Positions 1 through 11,028 of a DNA stretch of 64,000 bases are shown here, in pieces (position 1 is the stretch's first letter; each line of letters opens with the position of its first letter). Position numbers and translations under genes: made by a program. The DNA lies in NCBI GenBank assembly GCA_963575745.1, contig CAUYUJ010000248.1, forward strand, positions 558,001 to 622,000, given 5' to 3'. Below the pieces are notes generated by a model, which was not told the origin of the DNA, searched no databases, and saw only the letters and a program-made list of their open reading frames with translations. Source of the stretch: Prorocentrum cordatum. Its lineage: Eukaryota.

Positions 1-565
1 CGCCTCCTCCTCATCCGCCTCCTCCCCCTCCTCGTCCTCCTTATCCTCCTCCCCAGCCTCCTCCTTCTCCGGCTCCTCCTCCTCCTCCCCTCGCCGGGCG
101 AGGGGCGGCCCCGCGGGCGCCCAGGGCGGCCGGCGCCCGCCCGCCGACGCGCGCTCAGCAAATGCAGCGCCGCGTTGGCGGCTTGCGGCGCTCGCCGCGG
201 CCCTGCGCCTCGCGCCGCGCGGCGCCTCGGCGCCCCGCCGCGGCCGCGTCTGGCGGCCGCGGGCGGCGCGCCGCCGCCCGTCGCCGCGGAGGAGCCGAGG
301 GCTCGTGATCGGGGGCGGCCAGAGGGGGGGGGAGGAGGAGAAGGAGGAGGAGGAGGAGGAGGAGGAGGAGGAGGAGGAGGAGGAGAGGAGGAGGAGGAGG
401 AGGAGGGAGGAGGAGGAGGAGGAGGAGGAATGCTATGGGAATGCGATGTTTCGGGACAAGTGTCCTACCTCAGACCTGGAAGAGAACGAGGGGGGCCCTC
501 GCCCGGGTCTCGCCTCCCGACTCCAGGTAGTGCAGCCACTTGCTGAACGGCACCGAGACCGAGGC

Positions 566-1390
566 TTACTCCTGCTGCACGGCCTTGCCCTCCATGAAGT
601 ACTGAAACTCCTTGCCGAGTCCCCCGTCGACGATCTTCTTTATGGCCTCGTCACGGGCCTTCTCCACCGCCTCCAGCTGGGTCTGGAGGTGCTGGACCGC
701 CACCGTCCTTTTCATCACGAAGTCGAAGAGGTCGCATTTATCCTCGGCAGCCTTGGTGGCGCCCTTCTCATCGCCCTCCGTGTGGTACTTGCTCTCCTTC
801 TTCACCATGTCCTTGTCCTTCTTCTGGTCGCCGTCCTCGAGCTTGGTCTCCAGCTCGCGGCTGTCCTCGTCGGAGCCTTGGCTGCTGCAGGCGGATGCTC
901 GGGGGGCAGCACCTGCACGGCGCCTGCCTCTCTGCCGCCGCTTGGCCTCCTTGCCGTCCTTCGGCAGGGCCTCCACTCCTTCACCCAAGAGCGCGTGCTC
1001 GGCCACGTTCCTGATGGCCCTGGTTTCGCCCGTGATGCGCAGCGACCCCTCGTCGTGCGCCGCGCGGACCTTCGCCGCGAGGACGGGCTTGATCATCCCG
1101 ATCTTGGCCTCCACCTCCTCCATGACCTCCTCCTCGTCGGCCTCCTCCTCCTCCTCCTCCTCCTCCTCCCCCTCCTCCTCCTCCTTCTCCTCCTCCTCCT
1201 CCTCCTCATCCTTCTCCTCCTCCCCCTCCTCTGAGAAGGCTCCAAGGCCTTCTTCTCGTCGGCCTCCTGGGCGGATGCCGCGCGCCCCAGTGCGCCACAG
1301 TGCGCCCCGCCGCGGACGCTGCCACCCGGCGGGAGCCGCCCGCGCGGACTCACCGCGCCGAGCAGCGCCTCCCGCCACCGCATCGGCCAT
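566..1390 (-). CDS. Hypothetical 274-aa protein of the SL-headed element (poly-Glu tract, charged coiled-coil-like C-terminus)
   Basis: ATG ~43 nt after the SL relic. Intronless, with GC3-rich non-repetitive codons (MADAVAGG...KIVDGGLGKEFQYFMEGKAVQQE*). No domain recognised. Confidence 0.5.
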   Translation of the reverse strand: MADAVAGGAARRGESARAAPAGWQRPRRGALWRTGARGIRPGGRREEGLGAFSEEGEEEKDEEEEEEEKEEEEGEEEEEEEEEADEEEVMEEVEAKIGMIKPVLAAKVRAAHDEGSLRITGETRAIRNVAEHALLGEGVEALPKDGKEAKRRQRGRRRAGAAPRASACSSQGSDEDSRELETKLEDGDQKKDKDMVKKESKYHTEGDEKGATKAAEDKCDLFDFVMKRTVAVQHLQTQLEAVEKARDEAIKKIVDGGLGKEFQYFMEGKAVQQE

Positions 1391-1432
1391 GGGAGGAGCG
1401 GTACCGTGGCCAGTGCAACCGGGGGCGGCGGG

Positions 1433-1454
1433 CTCTGAGCCAAATGGCTGCCGA
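1433..1454 (-). other. Degenerate dinoflagellate spliced-leader relic
   Basis: TCGGCAGCCATTTGGCTCAGAG vs DinoSL DCCGTAGCCATTTTGGCTCAAG. Confidence 0.7.
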
Positions 1455-1952
1455 GGGAGGAGGAGGAGGAGGAGGAGGAGGAGGAGGAGGAGGAGGAGGC
1501 GGAGGAGGCAGAAGAGGAGGAGGAGGAGGGAGGGGGGAGCAGGAGGAGGAGGAGGAGGAGGAGGAGGAGGAGGAGGAGGAGGAGGAGGAGGAGGAGGAGA
1601 GGAGGAGGAGGAGGAGGGAGGAAGAGGAGGAGGAGGAGGAAGGGGAGGGGGAGGAGGAGGAGGAGGAGGAGGAGGAGGAGGAGGAGGAGGAGAGGAGGAG
1701 GAGGAGGAGGAGGAGGAGGAGGAGGAGGAGGGAGGAGGAGGAGGGGAGGAGGAGGAGGAGGAGGAGGAGGGAGGAGGGGATAGAGGACGAGGAAGAAGAC
1801 GAGGAAGAGTTTGAGGAGGAGGAGGATGAGGAGGAGGAGGAGGGAGGAGGGAGGGGGGAGGAGGAGGGGGAGGAGGAGGAGGAGGAGGAGGAGGAGGAGG
1901 AGGAGGAGGAGGGAGGGGGGAGGAGGAGGGCTCCTCCTCTTCCTCCTCCTCC
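1455..1952. repeat. (GGA)n microsatellite switching to (CTC)n at 1930/1931
   Basis: Direct reading. It separates the two head-to-head SL elements. Confidence 0.95.
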
Positions 1953-1974
1953 TCCGTAGCCATTTTGGCTCAAG
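1953..1974 (+). other. Perfect 22-nt dinoflagellate spliced leader (DinoSL) at the LINE 5' end
   Basis: TCCGTAGCCATTTTGGCTCAAG, 22/22 match to DCCGTAGCCATTTTGGCTCAAG. It is not followed by a GT donor, so it is not an SL RNA gene. Confidence 0.97.
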
Positions 1975-2135
1975 ATGCCTGGTTCCCTTGGGGCCAAAAC
2001 AGATACCGCTAGTCCGCGGCTTGACCTCGAAGTTCTTCGCCTTTACTGCAGGGGTTGGGCACCTGCACCAGTCTCATCCTTTCTCACGGAGGTCCCTCTT
2101 TCGAGGGGTTCATTCGCCTCCACTCACGGTCATTC

Positions 2136-3377
2136 ATGGCCCAAGATGGCTGGCACAGCAGTGGTGGGAAGGCTCGTCAGCAGTACCACGACCCGTGCCC
2201 GCACTGCAAGTACCGCTGGAACTTCAAGAACAACCACTGGTGCTACCAGTGCGCGGGGGCCCTGGTGTCGCAGCCAGACGGTTCGAAGCGGCCGCTTGGG
2301 CAGTGGGCTTTTGGGCCGCCGCAGTTCTCGAACTCGCCGTTCCACGTTCAGCCTGCTGGGTCTCCCTTCGCCGACCCGACGCCGTCGCAGGCGGCAGCGG
2401 CAGCCGCCACGGGCTCAGGCAAAGGTCGTGGCAAGAAAGGCGCTCCGCCGCCATCGCGGGGGAAGGCCAAGGCGAAAGCCGCCGCCTCCGCGGGCCATGT
2501 CGACAGGCGTCCGTGGGTATACCACCAGGGCTGGTACCCGTACGGCGGCGCATCAGCTCCACTCGAGTCAGCCGATCCGATGGCGGCCCTGCGGGCCAAG
2601 CTGGGCGACGACGGCACCGAGGCGCTGGCAGCAGTGGAGGCCCTCCTCGCCAAGAAGGAAGCCCCGCCTCCTGCTGCACCGCGGCAGCCGCTCCTTGAGG
2701 AGGACGTCTCAACCAAGGGGGTGGCGTACCGTCGTGCAAAGTCCTGGCTCGAGCGTCGCTCTCTCAAGGTCTTGGAGGGTGAGGCCTGGCTGCAGGAGGC
2801 GCGTGATGCTGAAGACCTTGCGGTCGCGGCTGCTGTCGAGGCCAAGCGCTCGTGGGAGGAGGCCTGTGCGAAGCAGCTCCCGCAGCCAGTGGCGGCGCCA
2901 CCCGCTGCTGCAGGGGCATCGTCGCTCAACCTGTCCACGCTCCTGGGCGAGGACAGCGAGGTCGAGGGGCTCACCATCGTCGACGGCCCAATTTTCAGCA
3001 CGGAAGGCCTCGACCTCGACCTTGCGGACCTTCGCGAGTGGGATCGAGTTAAGAACAACCTTGCGGCTGGCATCAAGGCAGAGATCTCCAAGGCGCTCGG
3101 CTCTTCAGCAGAGCAGCTCGCTGCTCTTCGAGCGGAGGCCAAGCAGGTGTCCTTGCGGATGCAAGCGAAGCGCAGGCGCGGTGATAGCGCAGGTGATGGC
3201 GCTGGCGCTAGTGCTGCTGCTCAGCCTGGTGGGTCAGCTGCCTCTGGCTCTGTGGGCGACGGCGGCGGCGCTTCCTCAACCGGCGCAGCTGATGGGCCTG
3301 ATGAAGTTCGAGCTGCCGCCAGGCGCACCGCCAAGGAGTCCTTTGACACTACCCGAGCAGCGCAGCAGGGACTTTAG
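2136..3377 (+). CDS. LINE ORF1 protein (RanBP2-like C4 zinc finger, Ala-rich/coiled-coil)
   Basis: MAQDGW...DPCPHCKYRWNFKNNHWCYQC (CxxC...N...CxxC). Intact ORF ending TAG at 3377. Confidence 0.75.
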   Translation: MAQDGWHSSGGKARQQYHDPCPHCKYRWNFKNNHWCYQCAGALVSQPDGSKRPLGQWAFGPPQFSNSPFHVQPAGSPFADPTPSQAAAAAATGSGKGRGKKGAPPPSRGKAKAKAAASAGHVDRRPWVYHQGWYPYGGASAPLESADPMAALRAKLGDDGTEALAAVEALLAKKEAPPPAAPRQPLLEEDVSTKGVAYRRAKSWLERRSLKVLEGEAWLQEARDAEDLAVAAAVEAKRSWEEACAKQLPQPVAAPPAAAGASSLNLSTLLGEDSEVEGLTIVDGPIFSTEGLDLDLADLREWDRVKNNLAAGIKAEISKALGSSAEQLAALRAEAKQVSLRMQAKRRRGDSAGDGAGASAAAQPGGSAASGSVGDGGGASSTGAADGPDEVRAAARRTAKESFDTTRAAQQGL

Positions 3378-3379
3378 CA

Positions 3380-6300
3380 AGTCTACTGATCCTGGCTTGC
3401 CGTCGACCTTTTACGGCGACATCTTCATGAGTGCTGCGGAGGAGCTCGTCTTCGATCCGCAGTTGTACCTAGCCAATCTCTACAAGGTCACGTTGAACGA
3501 GGGCTGCCCTACGACTCAGTATGGTGACATTTTCCGCACTGAGGCGGAGGAGGTTCACTTTCTCCCCGACTTTCAGCCCTTGTCGGGCATTCTTCAGCTT
3601 AAAGATCAGGATCCCCAACGCCGAGCTGCGATTCACCATCGTGAGGTACTTGAGCGGAGTCTCCGCTCTTTCGCTGCCAGATGGATCCCTGACGTTAACT
3701 CAGCGAACGAGGCTTCTGACGAGGACCACTGGGAAGGGCATTGCATTCCCTTCATCTCGACGTGGTTGTCTCATCCGTTGCGAAGTCCGCTTATTCCAGA
3801 AGCAGCCGCTGCAGCAGGTCATGGGAATCCTGCCATTGCAGCTCTTGATATGGCCAGGCGTATCTGTGAGCGCGCTTGGCGCGCTCGGCGCAGCCAGCGT
3901 GCTCGCGATTTGCAGATGCTGCGGAACTTGGAGTCCGAAGATCACGAGTTGTGGCAGGAGGAGCTGCAGCGACAAGCGATGGCGCTCATGGAAGCTCTGG
4001 AGACCCTCGACACCCGGGCGCCGCAGCGGCGCGTGCAGGGCGGCTTCCAGGTGGCATTCCCCTTTTGCGGGCGTCCCCACCTTGCAGCGCCGCCCGACCA
4101 GGGCAGTCAGGTTGCTTGCGCCCCTGCCCTCGGTCGGACGACTGGCTGCGCGAGCTCTTCGGCAAGTTCGTGGCCTGCTTCGCCCTTGGGCGAGGGGCGC
4201 AGGGATTCAGCCCCTGGTCGTCACAGGCCCCCGCCCACAAGTACTACGGCTACTGGCAGTTTGGCTTCAGTTTCCGCGCCTCTTTCGGGTTCGGCCAGTT
4301 TTGCGAAGATTGCCACCTGTGCTTCGGGCACCGCGAGTGGGTCTCAGGAGGCGTCAACAGGATGCCCTTCCAGCACGGGGTGCATTTCCACGGGTGCTTC
4401 GATGGCTCCGCCCTCGACTCAGATGACTTCGGCGCCAGAGGCGGTGGGTCTTGCGTCGGGCTGGGACGACGCAAATCACGACCCCTTCGATGACCTGGAT
4501 CACATGTTGGACGCGGAAGCGGCTGAGTCCATTCACGCCGTGCCCACAGGTACTGAGGGAGCCGAGGAGCCACAACCTGCTGGCCCCCAGGTCCCTGGCC
4601 GCCCTGCTGACCCCCTTCCGCCCGTCGGCTTCAGAAGGAGGATGGGGGGCGTCTCAGGAGCGTGGCCGAAGCTGCCGAGGACTCTAAGTTATTGGAGGAT
4701 GCGGCCCCAGTCCCACAGCTCTCTGTGCTGCAGAAGCTTTCGGGTCGACCTGATCTGGTTGCTCCTCTCGCTGCAGATGCTGGTTCATTTTCTTTTTTGC
4801 ATGGGAATATTACAGGATGGGGTCCACAAGCTCGCAAGCTTCTTAACGCCACCTCGTTTGCCATGGTGTGCTTTGTGGAGATGCACGTGTTACAGTCCAG
4901 GTTTGCTGATGGCGTCGACCAGACCTTTGATGCTGACGAGTGGAACACGGCTTACACGGGCAGCAAGGCTACGGGCAAAGGAGGCTCTTCTGGCGGCGAG
5001 CTTATTGCTATCCGCAAGCACCTGGCCCCCACCAGCTTTCAAAGTATTCGCCAGGCTGCAGTCAGGCTTGGCAAGTCGGATCCATTCCGGGGGCTTGCAC
5101 CCGTGATCCTGCATCTCAGCAGCGGCAATGTGGTTATCGTGGCCATCTATCTCTGACCTGGACTTTCGACATCAGGCCACAACCAGTCTATGTTGATCCG
5201 CTTGGGTGCTTTTCTGTCGGCGTTAGCCGACCCCGGGATTGTTGTTGGCGACTGTAATCTGGGACCTGATGCATTTCTTCGTTCAGGATGGCCCTCGGAG
5301 TTGAAGAGCGAGATTTTGTATCCAGACGTGAAGGTCACCTGCGACAAGGCGGCTCAAGGTGCATTGAGCGATTATGGCTTGGTCAAGCAAGGCACTACAT
5401 ATCGCTTTCGTATGCGAGGTTTTGCGTCAGTTCCTCGGAAGACGCACATCGCCTTGCAGGTTGACAGCATTGGGTCGAAGCGGAGGTGGTGGCATCAGCG
5501 CCTCGTCACGGCACCAGCGTTCCCGACAGTCAGCCGCCCCAAAAAGCAAGCTGACCCAAGCAGTAAGGCCTCGAATAAGAAACAGGAAGCGCTTATGCAA
5601 CGTCGAGCGAAGCTTCCAGAATACCCTCAAGCTGAATTTGACCTACTTCACAAAGCGGCCGCGGCTACGGCGGCAGAAGCTGACTCAGTCTCTTTCTATC
5701 TTCCTGAAGAGGTTTGGCCCTCAGGTGCTATTGCGGTGCCACCGCTCGGGGAGATCAGCCGACGCACGCTGAAGCAACATTTCTTTGGGGACATTAATGC
5801 ATCGGGCTCGTCGCAGCTTATCAGCAGGTACAACACCTGGACTACCAAGATGTAGATGGCCTTCAGTGTTCACCATCAGCAGGAGGACTTCGAGCCTCTG
5901 CGTGGTGCAGGTCCCCAGCTCAAGTGGCAGTTGTCGCAGGCTGCTCCAGGCCGTGCTCATCTCTCTGACCCAGTGGGCGAGCAGTGGGGCATTGTGCACA
6001 CGCTGGTATTGGGGACGGTGTCGCTGGCCAAGCATGGGCGTGACCCCAAGCAGCTGTCCGATTGCTTTCAGCAGCTTCAGCGGCATGTTGCTCATTTTCA
6101 ATCATCAGACAGACCGGGGTATTTTGGCACATCTGGTCAGGAGGAGCGTGATCGCTGGCTTTGTTGGTCGGCCACCATACCCTCGGCCAATCATGATGAA
6201 CCTGACGACTGGTCACATTTGACGGAAAGACTTGCTCATCGGGCGCAGGCGCGCTCTCTCGCAAAGGGCAGGCAACAGTTCACCAAATGGGCCCTTGAGC

Positions 6301-9300
6301 AATGGCGTCAACATCCTGGGCGTCTTCATGCTATGTCTCGTGGCCCTCAGCCCGCGGTGCATGAGAGTTATCGCCATGGGCAGGTCATCTCGGAACCTTG
6401 GAGTTCATGGGCGACAAGCGGAAATATTGGCGATCCTTGTGGACTGACGCAGTTGACGACGTTGAGGCCATCACCCATATGCCTCAGCAGTTGCATTATG
6501 AATCTCGGCGAGACCCCTTGCCTCCCTTGGAGTTGGAGTCTTTGGAGCGAGTGGTGGCCAAGCTTCCTGCGAAGGCCTCTGGAGTCGATGCTCTCACTCC
6601 TCGTGATCTTCAAAGGGCCCCCCCCCCAAGGTCGGGTGGAATTCCTGGAGTTGCTTGACCAAGTGGAGCAGGAAGGAGTTTGGCCAGCGCAGTTGCTTAG
6701 CAAAATTTGCGCTCTCCTTCCCAAACCCAAGGGAGGGGAGAAGGTCATTGGGCTCCTGGCTGGGTCTGCGAAGATCTGGAGCCGCCTGCGCTACGGTGCT
6801 ACCTCAGAGTGGACTGAATGTTTGGAGGCGCGCTGGGACACGGCTATTGCAGGCAGCAGCGCCTTACGCGCCGCTCTCCTGAGGGCTCTACTTGACGAGA
6901 CGGCGACGGTGCTGGGCATCACGGTGGCCACATTGCTGCTGGACTTCGAGAAGTTTTACGACTCCCTGTCCTGGGTCCTTTTGGGTTGCGTTGCGCAGCA
7001 AGTGGGGTGCCCGCCCATTGTGGTATGCCTGGAGGTGCAGTTATGTGTTGGTCCCCGCTTTCTTCGTGGCCAGAAGGGAGCGTCCAACGCCATCCTGCCG
7101 ACTCGGTCGCTAGTGGCGGGTTCCCCCCATGGGGTGCGGTCAGCTAAGCTCTTCCTGCACCCGCTGTTGCAGCGTGCTCAGGCCAGAGCCGATTTTACGA
7201 CCTTGTGGACATTCATCGGCGATTCTGTGTTGCGTTCAGAGGGACCTCAGGATAAGGTAAAGACTCGCATGGTTGCGTCTGCTACTGAGTTCAAGCAGGG
7301 TTTGGATACTATGCGGTTGGTGGTCCCCCCTAAGACGATGCTTATCTCGAGTGTGATCAGCTTGGACATAAAGTTGGCCAAGAAGCTTCGTCACAAGTCT
7401 ATTCCAGTGCAGTATTGTTTGGAGGCGGTAGACCTTGGTGTCGACGCCACAGGTGGTGGACGGAGGACGGTTCGCACATCTTCCCAGCGCACTGCTAACG
7501 CGGCTCGCCGTGCTGCTCGTCTGCAGCGTTTTCGGCGTCATGCACGGCTCCGCAAGGTCTCTCAGGGCCTGTGGAAAACTGGGGCTTTGCCGCAGGCAGC
7601 ATATGGACATCAAGTTCATGGCCTTGCACCCTACCAGCTCCTTCGCCTTCGACGTCAGGCGGCTATTGCAGGAGCAGGCCCGTTGAAGGGCAGGTGCTTG
7701 ACCAGTACATTAGCCATACTGTATGGTCAGAAAGATCCCGCCTTGGAGCTGAGGCGCCAGCTTCTGGCTGAGTATCTGACGGTCTGGCGCCTTCACCCTG
7801 AAGTTCATCAGAGAGTTGAAGCATCCTGGCCGACAGTTCTTCGTCGTCTGGAGATTGCGGGGCGGGCAGGGCGATGGCGATTGGTCAAGGGACCAGTGTC
7901 TGCAGTGATTGCCACGTTGCTTGATGCTGGGTGGAAGCCATCCTCAGCTACTTCCTGGTGGCGCCCAGAGCATGGTGGATTTGCTGAATGGCAGATCCCC
8001 ACATCATCTCTGGGCGGGTTTTCTGGCGATATGATGGATGTGGGCGGAGTGCTGGAGGACGTTATGCTTGATTTTCACGCTCAGCTTTGGTCTCGAGCTT
8101 CTGAGCGCGAGGGAGCTGAAGACCTCGCTGGAGGTGCTGATCTCTATTGGGCTCGCCGAGAGTTTGCGAAGTTCTCGCAGAACGGGGACCGCGACCAGGC
8201 TGGCCAGACACTTTGCGTGGCTGCTGGAGCGCAGCGGCCGCGGGTGCGCCAGTTCCCGACGGGCGCGGAGGAGCAGCAGCGGTGCCCCAGGTGTCTGAAG
8301 GCGCCTGAGACTCTGAGGCACCGCATCTGGGAGTGCGAGTGTAATAAGGATCATGAAGATTATTCCTTGTCCGCTCCCCTAGTGTCTCAAACACTCGTTC
8401 ATTGTCATATGAATCCAGCCTTGTGGCTTAGAGGCGTTCCCCCGACCGACCATACTCACCGTGAGTTTGTGGACCCGCCGGAAGCGGAGGGTTTGAAACC
8501 TCTCGGCTCGACGTCCCTGACCGATATGTCGATTCCCTGGTCGTTTTTGGGGGCGGTTCGGGAGGGCGGTTTTCCTCCGACCGTCGGCGCCGCCGTCGTG
8601 GCGCGGCGGTTGTTTCGGTCAGGAGAACCCCAGGGACGTCTGCGTGGGAAGTGGTCGGGGGCGTTTCTGGAATTCTAGTGGGAAGAGCCCAAACGGTCTC
8701 CCGCTCTGAGTTGTTGGCTTTCGCCTTGTGCCTTGAGGGCACCACTGGCCCCGTTCATTATGTCACGGACCACTTTCCCTTGATTACTGGTTGGGGGCGG
8801 GGTCGGGTTGGTGCTGTGGGCGGGAGGAATTGGGACTTGTGGTTCCGAATTAAGACCGCTCTTGCTTCGCGAGGTGAAGGTTTAGTAACCTTGGAGCGAG
8901 TGGCTTCTCACTTGGACACGGAGGCCGAGGGCCTGGCGGCCCACCAGGTTTTCCTCAGGTCTGGAAATCAACTTGCGGACCGCGCGGCTTCAGAGGCCGC
9001 GGAGCGTTCCTGGCACCTTTCGGCCCGCGCGGACCCTCGAACTGATTTCTGGGATGCTCAGACCGCCCTAATTAGAAGGAGAGCGCGGCGCGCCCTGGTC
9101 GACTCGTCCGCGGCCGACCCCAGGAAGGCCCGCCCTGCGGTTGCGCCCTTGGAGAGAGCGAGGCAGGGTTCGAAGTTGGATCGGGCGCTTCGCGTCTCCC
9201 CTCGAGTTTGTGACGTTCGGCAGCGCGTTTCGTTGCAGGAGTTGCGAGGTGCTGTGTGATAAGAATGACCTCTTAGAGGTCTCCAAGGCGCCGTGCATCC

Positions 9301-9761
9301 CTGCTGTGGGGGTGGATTCTTTCCCCTCCGACATTGTCGTGGTGGTCCCTGGCCCCGTCACGTTGTCTGGAGCGGTCTTGCATCCGTCCCATAAGCTTGC
9401 GTTTTGGGATTTGCATAGTCTGTACTTTTGCCAGTGTTGTGGCCGAGCGGCTACTTCGGACGGGCGCCAGTTGATGCTTGACTGTAAAGTGCCCTATCGC
9501 AAGGGCATTGAAAATCTGGCCCGGATTCGTCGTGGTTTGTACCCGAGTTACGCAGGCCCGTCCAAGGCGAGTGTCCTGCTCCGCCACGCTCGGTTTTCTG
9601 CCGTGGCCGATCAGCGAGCTCGAGCGCGAGATCCCATCCCGTCGGAATTGGCTGTGCCTCAGGGCATCGGAGAGGCTTTGACCGTTTCGGTGGACGAGGC
9701 TCCTCTCGTCCCTCTCCCTGTCGACCCTAGCAGCGATTCCGATTATAGGGGGTTGCCTTAG
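3380..9761 (+). pseudogene. LINE ORF2 polyprotein, disrupted: APE endonuclease (~4780-5470), reverse transcriptase (~6560-7450), CCHC finger (~8280-8345), RNase H (~8670-9000), C-terminal Cys/His motifs
   Basis: APE: GNITGW, VCFVEMH, VAIYL, VVGDCN, SDYGLV, KTHIAL. RT: KASGVD, LLPKPKGGEKVIGLL, LLLDFEKFYDSL, LVAGSPHG, FIGD (degenerate YxDD). Finger: CPRC...ETLRHRIWEC. RNase H: QTVSRSELLA, VTDH, NWDLW, SHLD, GNQLADRAA. In-frame stops at 5156 and 5855 plus several frameshifts. Confidence 0.9.
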
Positions 9762-11028
9762 GCACATGCGTTCCTGCTTGCTGCTCTCTCCCTCTCTTGC
9801 CCTGCCCGCCTCTCGTTGCTCGACGTTGCTTGCCAAAACGTTCCAAAACGTTCCTCCTCCTCCTCCTCCTCCTCCTCCTCCTCCTCCTCCTCCTCCTACT
9901 GCCGGAGGTTGATAGGCCTCCCACCCTGACGCGTCGATTCGCGAATCGGCCGCGTTCGGTTCGCGAGAGGGCGTCGCGGGCGTCGGTTTTTCGGGTGCCT
10001 GGGTCCGTCGGTTTCGGTTTTGGGCCGTTGTCATTAACAAGGGTGGTTTACTGAAAGGAGGTTTGTCCACCGCCGAGACAGGGGGCCGCTGTGGAATTGA
10101 CCGCCTCCCACACGATTCGAGACCCCCCAAATGTCGGAGAAGGAATATCGGCATAAGTTCGGACGCGACTCATGGCAGGTCAAATTCTGACTCTGCCCTC
10201 GTCCAAAATCCGGCTTCATCCGGTTTGCTCCCGCTTAGTCCGGCGTAATACCGTTCTATCCCGCTTAATCCCGTTTAATTCGAGGCCCACTCCGGGGCAA
10301 CCGCCCCCCCAATGGGGCTTCATTATTTTTAGTCATTCCGACGAAAAACTCCTGGTAGTTACCTCCTAAAGCAGAAGAGCAAGTTCTCGGAACTCCGCGC
10401 GGGCGTCTTGGATCTGCTCTCGGGGTCCCCTTCCGCGGCGCCGCCCGGCGCGCTCCGCGCGCTGGGGAGGGGGGGGGGTCCGGCACCGATCCAAGATGAT
10501 GGGCTTGTTTTCCACCACCACCAGTAGAAGTTGAAGAGAGGGGGTCCTCCTCCTCCTCCACCACCTCCTCCTCCTCCTCCTCCTTTTCCTCCTCCTCCTC
10601 CTCTTCGTCCTCCTCCTCCTCCTCCTCCTCCTCATCCACATCCACATCCTCTTCCTCCTCCTGCTCCTCCTCCTCCTCCTCTTCGTCGTCCTCCTCCTCT
10701 TCCTCGTCTTCCTCCTTCCCCCATCCAATTTGTGGTGGTACTGGTGGAAGACAGGCCCATCACCAGAGGTCCGCGCGGAGCTCCGGAAGTTTGTGCATAC
10801 GCAGTCAATTATTCATAGTTTCTCCTGGGAGGCCCTCGCCGTCACGGCTGGGTTCGCCTCGGAGTTCTGGTCAGAGCGCGCCTCGGGTCGCAGGACTGCG
10901 CCGCACTGATACCTTGCCATTGCGCTGCGACCTGCAGCCCGCCCTCGCCGATGCATCGGTGGTGCGTTGGCGATGCGGCGTGATCCTCCGACCCCGTCTG
11001 CGCCGCCCCCATGTGGGAGACCTCCAAG

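Larger units (their letters stand above)
331..1454 (-). mobile_element. SL-headed, (TCC)n-tailed retroposed element (non-autonomous or processed copy)
   Basis: On the minus strand: (CCT)n flank, degenerate SL TCGGCAGCCATTTGGCTCAGAG (1454-1433), ATG at 1390, ORF to 566, short 3' UTR, tandem 11-mer CATCGCATTCC/CATAGCATTCC (448-427), then (TCC)n. Same layout as the neighbouring LINE. Confidence 0.65.
1953..9897 (+). mobile_element. Full-length degenerate non-LTR retrotransposon (LINE, APE-RT-RNase H)
   Basis: SL at the 5' end, ORF1, broken ORF2, tandem CCAAAACGTT x2 (9833-9852), (TCC)n tail 9852-9897. A TSD cannot be resolved inside the microsatellite. Confidence 0.92.

Noticed and set aside
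155..305. Possible upstream exon of the glycosyltransferase
   Set aside because: GC-rich and open, but no recognisable motif or confident splice sites.
490..530. 2A-like NPGP peptide on the minus strand
   Set aside because: It translates as GVGRRDPGEGP or ESGGETRARAP; no NPGP motif.
175..1997. Long poly-E/P/S/L/R/G ORFs in all frames (also 14.0-14.8, 47.2-47.6, 51.9-52.2, 55.5-56.9 kb)
   Set aside because: They are translations of stop-free (GGA/TCC)n microsatellite.
1953..2030. SL RNA gene
   Set aside because: The SL is followed by ATG rather than a GT donor and short intron; no tandem SL or 5S context.
1975..5106. 1043-aa ORF starting right after the SL
   Set aside because: The first ~470 codons are an alternative frame over ORF1. 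Only the part after ~3380 is plausibly the ORF2 N-terminus, and the endonuclease is in another frame.
11011..11028. ATG at 11011 as the start of the glycosyltransferase
   Set aside because: It lies within the end of a family D MITE; an AG acceptor at 11027-11028 is more plausible.
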